A stretch of DNA of 64,000 nucleotides from Octopus sinensis (lineage: Eukaryota), in assembly GCF_006345805.1 (NCBI RefSeq), contig NW_021832375.1:274117-338116 (forward strand), in the 5' to 3' direction. The position numbers and the translations under genes were made by a program. Positions within the stretch are counted from its first letter, which is position 1. Every line of letters begins with the position of its first letter. Shown one piece after another: positions 53,830 through 64,000 of this stretch. The notes beneath the pieces were generated by a model. That model saw only the letters and a program-made list of their open reading frames with translations, did no database searches and had not been told where the DNA came from.

Positions 53830-54700
53830 CGACCTCTTGCCATTTTGGTCTTTCGTCGTCCCTATCCGCGCAAGGTATGTCTGAGTGCTCCGAACAGGGG
53901 AGGGGCAAATCTTGTAGAGCTTTTTGGCGTTGTCCTATTCATAACGTTGTTGCGTTTTTGGTGGTGGGGACCGGGGTTGATGCTGTTGTTTTTGCTGCTG
54001 CCCGTGCTGCTGCGATTAGTGTTGCTGCTACTGTTATTCTTGATTTTGTAGCCACGATGGTCACCTGCCTCTGTTGGTGCTGTTGCTATTGTTGTTATTG
54101 TTGCTGTGGTGGTGGTGTTGATGATGTTGGCAAAATTGAGAGGCTCCTTTCTCTAATTTGTTGTGGGCAATAGAAGAATTTTAGATGATTTGTGTTCCCA
54201 CACAGATGATACCGAAACCATCAGCTTTCAAAGGCCACGTGGAGGTTGGTGCCAACGTGTGAATTTATGATATCTGGAATTGTGTCCAGACTTTGGCTGT
54301 CCATTTTCACCCACAATTTTAGGCCTTGACCCGAATAGTTTTGTTTGTAAAGTTTCCGCATCTGTAAGATGCTCGTTTTGACCTATATGTCCAAGAGGAC
54401 ATCTACCACCAAGAATCAGCTGTCTATTTCTGGTGGTGTGTCTTCTTTTTTAGGGTCAAAGTGGATTGATTCCTTGCCTCCTCTTCATTTTTCTGTTATG
54501 TTTTTGTTGGTGCTGATGGTTGTGATGCTGTTGTTGTTGTTGCTACTACTGCTGCTGCTGCTGCTGTCTTTGCTATGTTTCTCAAAAATATTAACAAGCG
54601 GAGGTGACAAAACGTCAAAACGGATGATGTAAGAACCTTTATTGCCTCGATTTGGGAAGCCAGGCTGAACTTTTTCTTTATAAAATATTAAATTGTAGTT
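53830..54700 (-). pseudogene. L1/Tx1-clade ORF1 remnant
   Basis: Degenerate zinc knuckle YHLCGNTNHLKFFYC, upstream of and on the same strand as the APE fragment. Confidence 0.5.
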
Positions 54701-54889
54701 TTTAAAACTCAAAATTCGCCTTTAAGGGGCGAATTCTGGCCACTGCAGCTAGCCCCGCTTACAGCGAGGTGGGTTCTGTGGTCAATAAAATTTTGAAAAC
54801 GACATTGTAACAACAAATTCTAAAGAAAACTTAGAGCTCCGAACAACTAGTCTCCAAAACCGGACACAGATAAGAATAATAATAACAAT

Positions 54890-55074
54890 AAAGAAACGGA
54901 AAAACTTTCAAAATACAAAGACCTAGAAATAGAGGTAACCATAATGTGTAATCTAAAAACAGAAACAATTCCTATCATAGTAGGTGCATTAGGCATGATA
55001 AAAAATATTCAGACAAATACATAACAAAAACACCAGGACTTACAAACACATATAACATACAGAAAATTGCATTG
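54890..55074 (+). mobile_element. R4/Dong 3' ORF fragment
   Basis: EKLSKYKDLEIEVT...KTETIPIIVGALGMI...TPGLTNTYNIQKIAL, nearly the same as the C-terminus of the 3430-4542 ORF; preceded by (AAT)n. Confidence 0.85.
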
Positions 55075-55479
55075 TTGAATTATTCTTTTAGAACAGTATT
55101 TCTCAACGAGGATATCAGAGGAGAGTTTCAGGGAGTCGCTGGCGATATATGTGATGATCAAAAATCCTGCCTGCTAAAATTTGGTTAGTGATTCAAACTG
55201 CAGACTCAACGCAAAATGGTCATATTTAATTCAAAGCGTTAAAAATGTTATGAAAACAATTGGTATGAGTTCACAAAGTTCCAACGATTAATACGAAAAA
55301 ACCCTCCAGGCTACACCCCGAAAATTCATTTCTTTGCCGAATTTCTACAATGTTTACGGCGATTCGTTTTTATATCGTGATTTGTTTATTTTTCATGCAA
55401 TTTACGCATGCTTGCATGCGTGGTGAACACAGTTCACGTCAAACAGCTGACTGAGTAAAGTTCACTATTCAATGCATGG

Positions 55480-55699
55480 GAGAAGGCCTAAACAAACACA
55501 TTATCGATTTTTGCACTTGCGAGATGAATTTCGGAACAGAAATAGCGCAGTTCAATTTTCATTCGCCTAAACTTTAAGTGACCCATGTTTGGTGGTTCTA
55601 CGATTTGTTGGCTAGGAGGAGATGTGCCGGGAAGTAAAAGACACAGACACACACACAGATACACAGACAGACACACAAGTTGAGTTTTATATATATAGA
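55480..55699 (-). mobile_element. non-autonomous Helitron-like 5' end
   Basis: Minus strand starts TCTATATATATAAAA then TG/TCTG repeats, like 23426. The 3' end was not identified. Confidence 0.45.
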
Positions 55700-56229
55700 T
55701 TTACGTTCATGCTTTATTCTTGTTTTCAGTAAAAAAAAAGTAAGTAAAATGAAATCATGATAGTTCATTTAAGGAAAACTTTGTATGAACGCTTCTAAAA
55801 CTGGGGTACAGGAAAAATCCTTTGTTACCATACAGTTGCTTGTGGGGTCCCATCGGATTTAACGACCCAACCGGGTTTACAACCACTGCGTATTTAGGGT
55901 CTACGAAACTCATGGTTCACTAGTTTTGTAAATATATTAGACCCCACCCCCGAAGATGGTTACAGATGTGTGTAGGAGTGCGTTTGTGTTTGTGTGTGTG
56001 TGTTTGGTGTTTTCTTTGATATTATTACGCGTTAAAGCTATAATATTTTTATAAATTTCTTCACACTAATTTATCGAAATTTAATTTTTTAGCTTTAAAT
56101 ATCCAATCACGAAAACAAAAATATATTTGTCATGTGGAACAGGGGTGAATTTTAGTTGCTTCGGAGAATCTGCAATTTGAAGTTAATAACATTGAAATCT
56201 CTGACATTTCCTATTTTCTTCTTTTACAG

Positions 56230-56440
56230 ATAAATCTACGCCTGGCAATATGTTTCACCACGTAGTATCATATAGACGGTCTCTTGTGTTGATACTGTGT
56301 ACGATATTGTTTTTGGAGACTCAAGCTGATTCAGATATATGCAAGATATGTACTTGCAATTCACTTACAACGAGAATAAATTGTGCACGTCGCAATTTAC
56401 TATCAATTCCACAACCAATTCCGACGAATGTTGAATATTT
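56230..56440 (+). CDS. LRR protein, first coding exon: signal peptide + LRRNT (ATG at 56250)
   Basis: TTTTACAG acceptor; MFHHVVSYRRSLVLILCTILFLETQA, then CKICTC...INCARRNLLSIPQPIPTNVEYL; phase-2 GTAAGT donor at 56441. Confidence 0.92.
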
Positions 56441-58775
56441 GTAAGTATTTGACACTTTCTACGTATTTTCCACATCCAATATTTTAAATTCTCATTGATT
56501 ATGTTCTCAGCTAATCGCTTATGCTGTTTATCTCACAGCCTTAAGCACAATCTTATGTTAGAGTAAAACAAATCGATATGTTACCTGTTGTGAAGTCAAA
56601 TAAACTGTTTCTTACCATATTGAATTTATAATATATAACATCTCATACACAGTGATTGGATCTGACTAGTATCTGACTTTGATGTCATTTGTCTGAACTT
56701 ATCAAATCTTACGGTATATTCAATGAACGGACAGTATAAAAACTTTAGTGCTAAGAAAACGTGTATTCCACATAGTTATATTATATCATTAATTAGTTGA
56801 ATTGTTGCTTATTATTACAGTAATATGATATAATATCAGTTGATCGTGTCACAGAATAATTGTTAATTATTGTTTGTGTTAATTTTATAATAGAATATGC
56901 AGCGAGCTATCAGAATCGTTGTGCACGCCAGACAAAATGTTGAGCGGTATTTCGTTCGTCTTTACGTTTCGATTTTAAATTCTGTCGAGGTTGACTTTGT
57001 TTTTCATTCTTTTGGAGTCAGTAAAATAAATAGCAATTAATCTCTGAGATCAATGTAAAGGACTTGTCCCTTTCCCAAAATTTCAGGTTTGTTCCTATGG
57101 AAGAAATTATTATTTTTATAATTAAAAATGAAACAGATGGATTAAACAGCAGATAATGACGAGATCCGCTTAAATTACCAAATTCTTAAAATACCTAAGT
57201 GAAGAAATCAAAATAGTGTTATTTTAACAAATTATGAGGAATTTATTTTTGATAGAATGTCATCAGAAAAATTTACCCTATCATGAACACAATAAACCTT
57301 ATTACAAAATTATGGAAGGTTATTTGAAGTTTCGGCTGATTGATGTATCCCCGTTCACCTGAAATCTTACGCAATTTTTAAGTAAATTATTAAAATTTAA
57401 CGTCTCAAGAAATGGAATAGAATAAAAAAGAGTAATTATTTGATACATAAATCATAACAAATACTCTGTTGCAACACATTGCTCTTCCAGGTGATTACTT
57501 CCAGTTAATTGGCTTGCATCATTGCATTAATCACCTTAAACTTTCAGTTTTAATCAAATATCCTAATACTAAAGTGGATCAATTCATTCGATCAGATCTA
57601 TTTCTCAAAACATTTGGAACGTTTTGACAAAATGAGAAATCCTAATGTAAAATAAAGAGAAAAGTTTCAATAATAGAATTCCTAAATCTCGTATAACTCA
57701 AGATGTTGAATAGTAAAGTTGAAGTTCTGTTTAATAAGTTAGATATTTTCATCGTTCATAACTTGAGCGAGGTTTGGCACAAATCATTTGACCGTCTAGC
57801 AGAATACATCACGTTCTGACACTCGGCAATCTGACTTCAAGTCCCGCCAAGGTCAACCTTGGGTCATTCATTTCCGAGATCAATAAAGAACCATAACAGT
57901 TCAATGAACAAATGCAACTATGAGGACGTCGAATATGACACCTTGCAGTATATTGTCCAGTTGTTTGTGATCTGAGTTAAAATCCCACACTTTTTATTTT
58001 ACCGATTTTGGAGAAAGGATCATACAAGTTTTTTAACTCCTGCAAGATCTCCAATACTTGTGAGACAGATATCATTAATATTCCGTTTGAGCTGTTGCAG
58101 GTCAACCTTTACAGGAATGATGAACAGGGATGCTATTTAGGGGATGAAGGATTTAGCATAGGTGGTTAATAATGGGAACAAACTGAGGTTTAATACAGCA
58201 AGAGTAAGGAGCAAAGGGCTAAACAAAGACTAAAAAACTAAGGCAATGTATGTAATTACATCCCTTTTTTAAATAACACCCTAAGCCAGTTAAATCACCA
58301 TGTAAGGTTGTTCTCCTTTGTAGCACATGACTCAAAATTATATCAGGGTTTCCCCACTCTACCTTCACCAGTTCTATTAATAAATCCCTTTCTATTTCTG
58401 TTATGTTTTCCTTCCTAGTCTATTATTTCAGTCTTGAAGTTTTGGGGGTTTATTTTTGTGAAGAACTTTTATGCATCAACTAAGCAAAGGAAAGGAGTTT
58501 ACTTTTGCAAAGGTAAATTACTTTTGACAGCAAAGTGTAATAACAAATGGAATGCTCATTGGACAGAAACAAGATATTTATAAATAAAGCTGACTTCTGA
58601 GATGATAAAAATATCTTCCACTGAAAACTGATGTTGCAACGAAGGCTTTGTAAATCTAATTCAAATCACAAATATTTTGAACATCCATTCTTTTCTCATA
58701 TTTTACATGCATATGTGTTTTTCATTCATACTTTACGTGGTGACTTAAATCCGTTTTATATCATATATAATAAAA

Positions 58776-59545
58776 TATCCGTAAAGCGAACAGAACCTTC
58801 CTGAAGAAGAAAAGAAAGCCTTACAAACTGAAGAATGACAATTCAATCATCCTAAAAGAAACCGATTAGGGAAGGGTGAAAGCAGTCACGGACCAAGACT
58901 ACTATAAAGATAAAATATTGGAAACAGACCAATCCTGCTACAAGGAAGAACCAAGACACCCGGAAAAAGTAATAATGAATACACCCAAAAGTCAGATAAA
59001 TGAATACCAACGTTCGTTCACAGATAATGAGAAAGATTATTTATGCAGCTCTGTAATGAAAGAGAGTAATTTCTATGGATCACCCAAGATCTGCGAATGC
59101 TCCAAAATGCAAGGATCAGCATATAAAAATACTAAGACCTACTGACATCAAATTGAGACCAACAGTTGCTGGACCCTGAGCCCCAACACAACAACTGAGC
59201 CATCTTTTGGATATACTCCTCAAACCGTTGTGCCCATTAATGCCCAGCTATACCCGAGACGATATGGATTTCATCAAACACATTCCACCCACTGTCCCAG
59301 AACGTACTATACTTAAAAGATTTGACTAATCTTTGTACAAATACATCACACTTTGGGCCTGGAAGCAATCAAACACTGGGTAGAAAAACATAGCGGACGG
59401 ATGGACGAACGCTTCAAAACACATTTCCAAAGACACACGCCGGGAACTAGAAGACAACACCTTTAGATTCGATAATAAACTATATCGACAGGTAAAAAGA
59501 ACACCACTACCGGGACGAGGTTCGCACACATACTCGCACCCAGAG
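58776..59545 (+). pseudogene. Penelope-like reverse transcriptase fragment in the LRR gene intron
   Basis: FYGSPKI, LRP.VAGP, LLDILLKP, RDDMDF and NTFRFDNKLYRQVK motifs, with stops and frameshifts. Confidence 0.75.
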
Positions 59546-59723
59546 GTAGATATACATATGTGTGTATATTTCTGAGCATATATGTGTGTATGTGCGTATA
59601 TGTGCGTGTATGTGTGTGGATGTGTGTGGATGTGTGTGTTGGTACATAGAGAGGCGAAGCGGATACTCGAGGTTGTGCAAGTCAAGTAAGAAATAAACAT
59701 GAAACTGCTGCCACATTAAGATA

Positions 59724-60240
59724 TTCTTCTCCTCCTGCATCTTCTGCTTCTTCCTCTTGTTCTTCTTCTTCTTCTTCGTCTTCTTCTTCTTCTTCTCCGT
59801 CTTCTTCTCCGTCTTCTTCTTCTTCTTCTTCTTCGACTTCTTCTTCTTCTTCTTCCTCTTGGTCTTCTTCTTATTCTTCTTCTTCTTCTTCTTCTTCTTC
59901 TCTTCTTCTTCTTATTCTTCTTATTATTATTCTTCGTCTTCTTCTTCTTCTTCTTCTTCTTCTTCTTCTTCGTCTTCTTCTTTTTCTTCTTCTTCTTCTT
60001 CTTGTAATCTTCATCTTCTACGCCTTTTATTTCTTCTTCTGTTTCTTTTTCCTCTTCTTCTTCTTCTTCTTCTTCTTCTTCTTCTCCTTCTTCTTCTTCT
60101 TCTTCTTCTCCTTTCTTCTTCTTCTACTTCTTCTTCTCTCTTTCAATCCTTTTTCAGTTTTCATCTTGAACACCTTCATTTTCCATGTCTTCTTCTTCTT
60201 CTTCTTCTTCGTTATCTTTCTTCTTTTTCTTCCTTTCATT
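59724..60240. repeat. (CTT)n polypyrimidine tract
   Basis: Direct reading; similar tracts at 61383-61990 and 62490-62915. Confidence 0.95.
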
Positions 60241-60316
60241 CTTAAGTCACAGTGTTTGATGTCGTATCACAAATATTTTCCATATAATCTATTTTACTCT
60301 TTCTTTACTGCTATAG

Positions 60317-60388
60317 ATATCTTTCCGAGAACAACATTTCAACCATCAAAGAAGGTGTATTCACGGGGCTTTCCAATTTAAAAAAAGT
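60317..60388 (+). CDS. LRR exon A (72 nt, phase 2-2): YLSENNISTIKEGVFTGLSNLKK
   Basis: CTATAG acceptor, GTAAGT donor, exact 24-aa typical LRR, in frame with exon 1. Confidence 0.92.
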
Positions 60389-62098
60389 GTAAGTTCGTTT
60401 AATTTCTTGATACTATTATCCAAAAGTATTAATTGATGCTGATATATAAGCCCACAAATGTATAAAATTTCAGACTGAACCAAACAAAATCAATTCAAAT
60501 TTGTAGAATGAACAAGATTTAGGAAGATACAAAGAGAATAGGAGAGAGCGAGACAATGTGAAAGAAAGAGAGAGAATTTGGGGGAGAAAGTGAAATAATA
60601 GGAAAAATATAATGTTCCTTTATTGTAGTTGCTTTGTTTCAATTCGCATCTCAATAACTCAGTTTTGTTACCCAAATTTCAATGATTTTGATATGAATTT
60701 GTATTAGAAATGGTAACGTTTGTGAGTTTACATGTTTGCATCAAATATTTTTACCTGAAGTATATGTGTATGTTCATATATAAGTGTAGTTCTGTGTGAA
60801 ATGTGACTATATTATTCCTTTATTTTATATTTTGCATCCTCCTCCATTTCTTATTTCAATATTCTCCTTCGTGTTTCGATATTATCATTCAACTTCGAAT
60901 TTTATCATTCACTTCATGTTATTTATGTAATAGAGCAACTGAATTGGAAGCGGGAAATATATATTCGAATAATATAGTCACATACATTCTATCTGTAAAC
61001 CTGAAATACTTACTGTACATGTAAGCTGGAATATTTGGCCTGATACAATTAAACTGCTGATATATTTCTTGTAAGCGTGTGTTTTCTAATATTTTTGTGA
61101 CAATGAAGCGATATGAAATAAATAATCTCTCTCACCATATTTCCACAAGTGTGATTGGGAATATGTGTGATGTGAGTGTTCATACCGCATTCCGTCGTTG
61201 ATACTATGAATATCAGAATGCGTATGAGTGCATTTGAATATGTTGATTTCTGATTCCGTATATTCCCTGATTTTTCAGCCATGTCTTCTCGCCCAAAATT
61301 TATCGATCTATCCTTGAATTATTTCCTGATATTTTAAGAACAATTTCAGTTTCGTCTTCAACACCATGATATTCAAGTGTCATCTTCTTCTTCTCTTCTT
61401 TTCTTCTTCTCTCTTCTTCTTCTTCTTCTTCTCTTCTTCTTCTTCTTTTCTCCTCCTACTTCTCTTCCTCCTCCTTCTCCTTTGTCCTCTTCTTCTCCTT
61501 CCGCTTCCTCCTACTCCTCCGCCTCCACCTATTTTCCTCTTCTTCCTTCTTCTCCTTCTTTTTCTTTTTCTCCTTCTTTTTTCATGCTTCTTCTTCTTCT
61601 TCATTTTCCGCTTCTTCTTCTCCTTTTACTTCTTCTTTTCCTTCTCCTTCTTCTTCTTCTCCTTCTTCTTCTTCCTCTTCTACTTCTTCTCCTCCTCCCC
61701 TTTCTCCCCCTTCTACTTCATCTTATTCTTCCTCCACTTTTTAATCTTCTATATCTTCTTATACTCTATCCTCTGCACCTCCTCCTATTTTCCTCCCCCT
61801 CCTGCATCTCCTTGTCCTTCCCTGTCCTCATCCTTCTTCACCTCCCCTCCTCCTCCAACTCCTCCTTCTTCTACTTCTTCTCCCCCCTTCTCTTCCTCCT
61901 TGACTTCTTCTTTTCCCCTTCCCCTCCTCTCTTTCTTCTTCTTCTTCTTCTTCTTCTTCTTCTCCTTAATCTCTTTCCTGTTCCTCTTCTTCTTGTATTA
62001 TTTTCCTATAATTTTGTCTCCTTCCATAAAGAACAATATTGAATATGTTATCGCAATTCACACTATGTTAATCTAACCAATATTGTTTCCTGCTTCAG

Positions 62099-62170
62099 AG
62101 ATCTTGGCTACAATAAAATTTCAAGGATTGAAAAAGAGATGTTTCAAGGCCTTCACAGCTTAGAGAAATT
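62099..62170 (+). CDS. LRR exon B (72 nt, phase 2-2): DLGYNKISRIEKEMFQGLHSLEK
   Basis: CTTCAG acceptor, GTAAGT donor, LRR consensus. Confidence 0.92.
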
Positions 62171-62989
62171 GTAAGTTCTTTCAATGTTGTCGTTTATACA
62201 TGAGGAATATACTATGTCTTTAAATTTAATATCCCCTTATTTCCATGTTTTCTCACTCTCTATTACTGTAAATCATATTCAGTTCTCATATTCGTCTTAT
62301 ATTTATTTGATTGAGTCTGAAAATGTCAATGACTGTCAGTTGATAATTGTCTGCATCAAAATGTTATTCCTGAAAATATATATGTGTATGTTCATATGTA
62401 TGTCTGTATCTGCACTATTAATATAAGTTTTAGCTACTATTTTGTTACACATTGTCCACACTTCCACCGAGATAATTTTTTTGTTATCGTTGTTGTTGTT
62501 GTTTTGTTCTTCTTCTTGTAATTCTCCTATTCCCCCTCCTCCTCCACCTCCTTCTCCTCTTTCTTCTTCTTCTTATTGCAATTCTCCTCCTCAACCTCCC
62601 CTCTTCGTCCTACTCATCCTCCTTTTTCTTCAATTTCTTCTTTCTCTTCTTCTTTTTCTTCTTTTTATACTTCCTCTTCTTCTTTCCTTCTTCATCTCCT
62701 TCATGTTCCGTCTTCTTTGTCGTCTTCTTCTATTTCCTCTTCTTCTTCTTCTTCTTCCTTTTCTTTGTCTTCGTCTTCTTTTACTTCCTCTTCTTCTTCT
62801 TCTTCTGCTTCTTCTTCTTCTTGTTCTTCTCCTTCTTCTTCTTCTTCTTCCCCTTCTTCTTCTTCTTCTTCTTCTTCTTCTTCGTTATCTTTCTTCTTTT
62901 TCTTCCTTTCATTCAGATGTCACTGTGTTTGATGTCGTATCACATATATTTTCCATATAATCTAATTTACTCTTTCTTTACTGCTATAG

Positions 62990-63061
62990 AGAACTGTGGA
63001 ACAACAACATTGCAACCATCAAAGAAGGAGCATTCACGGGGCTTTCACATTTAAAAGAATT
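62990..63061 (+). CDS. LRR exon A' (72 nt, phase 2-2): ELWNNNIATIKEGAFTGLSHLKE
   Basis: CTATAG acceptor, GTAAGT donor; duplicate of exon A, 2673 bp downstream. Confidence 0.92.
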
Positions 63062-64000
63062 GTAAGTTCGTTCAGTTTCTTGATATTATTTTCCGAACGT
63101 AATAATTGATGCTGATATATAAGCTCACAAATGTATAATATTTCAGACTACACCGAACAAAATCAATTCAAATTTGTAAAATGAATACGATTTAGGAAGA
63201 TACAAAGAGAATAGGAGAGAGCGAGACAATGTGAAAAAAGAGAGAGAATTTAAGAGAGAAAGTGAAATAATAGGAAAAATATAATGTTCCTTTATTGTAG
63301 TTGCTTTGTTTCAATTCGCATCTCAATAACTCATTTTTGTTCCCAAATTTCAATGATTTTGATATGAATTTGTATTAGAAATGGTAACGTTTGTGAGTTT
63401 ACATGTTTGCATCAAATATTTTTACCTGAAGTATATGTGTATGTTCATATATAAGTGTAGTTCTGTGTGAAATGTGACTATATTATTCCTTTATTTTATA
63501 TTTTACATCCTCCTCCATTTCTTATTTCAATATCTCCTTCGTGTTTCGATATTATCATTCAACTTCGAATTTTGTCATTCACTTCACGTTATTTATGTAA
63601 CTGAAGTGGAAGCGGAAAATATATATTCGAATAATATAGTCACATACATTCTATCTGTAAACCTGAAATACTTACTGTACTTGTAAGCTGGAATATTTGG
63701 CCTGATACAATTAAACTGCTGATATATTTCTTGTGTGTTTTCTAATATGCTTGTGACAATGAAGCGATATGAAATGAATAATCACTCTCACCATGTTTCC
63801 ACAAGGGTGAGTGGGAATATGTGTGATGTGAGTGTGCATACCGCATTCCGTCGTTGATACTATGAATATAAGAATGCGTATGAGTGCATTTGACTGTGTT
63901 GCTTTCTGATTCCGTATATTCCCTTATTTTTCAGCCATGTCTTCTCGCCCAAAATTTATCGCTCTATCCTTGAATTATTTCCTGATATTTTGAGAACATT

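Larger units (their letters stand above)
60200..64000 (+). repeat. intragenic tandem duplication, ~2.67-kb unit
   Basis: ~60200-61340 aligns with ~62880-64000 at high identity; the second unit runs off the window. Confidence 0.9.

Noticed and set aside
54712-54785. HDV-like ribozyme near the Dong fragment
   Set aside because: Only an 8-bp hairpin (AATTCGCC/GGCGAATT) and a partial P1 could be built; there is no P3/P1.1 register.

Overview
Eukaryotic, AT-rich, repeat-dense genomic DNA. It is most likely octopus (coleoid cephalopod), inferred from the tRNA-derived SINE families and the very high microsatellite load. Two host genes are visible. (1) A ~4.8-kb single exon (18164-22965, +) encodes five to six tandem NHL-like beta-propeller units and is broken by three successive +1 frameshifts. 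(2) The 5' part of a signal-peptide/LRRNT/LRR gene (56230 onward, +) has 72-nt, phase-2 LRR exons expanding by intragenic tandem duplication; the duplicated exons are far more divergent than the duplicated introns. The rest is mobile DNA: R4/Dong, CR1, RTE, L1/Tx1 and Penelope retroelements, hAT, mariner and pogo transposases, a solo LTR, Merlin-like MITEs carrying TTAGGG repeats, a non-autonomous Helitron, several SINE families and a 171-bp satellite. Manual folding found one canonical type I hammerhead ribozyme, one with a single core substitution and one atypical motif in a ~1-kb Penelope palindrome. All calls come from reading the sequence; no database search was run.
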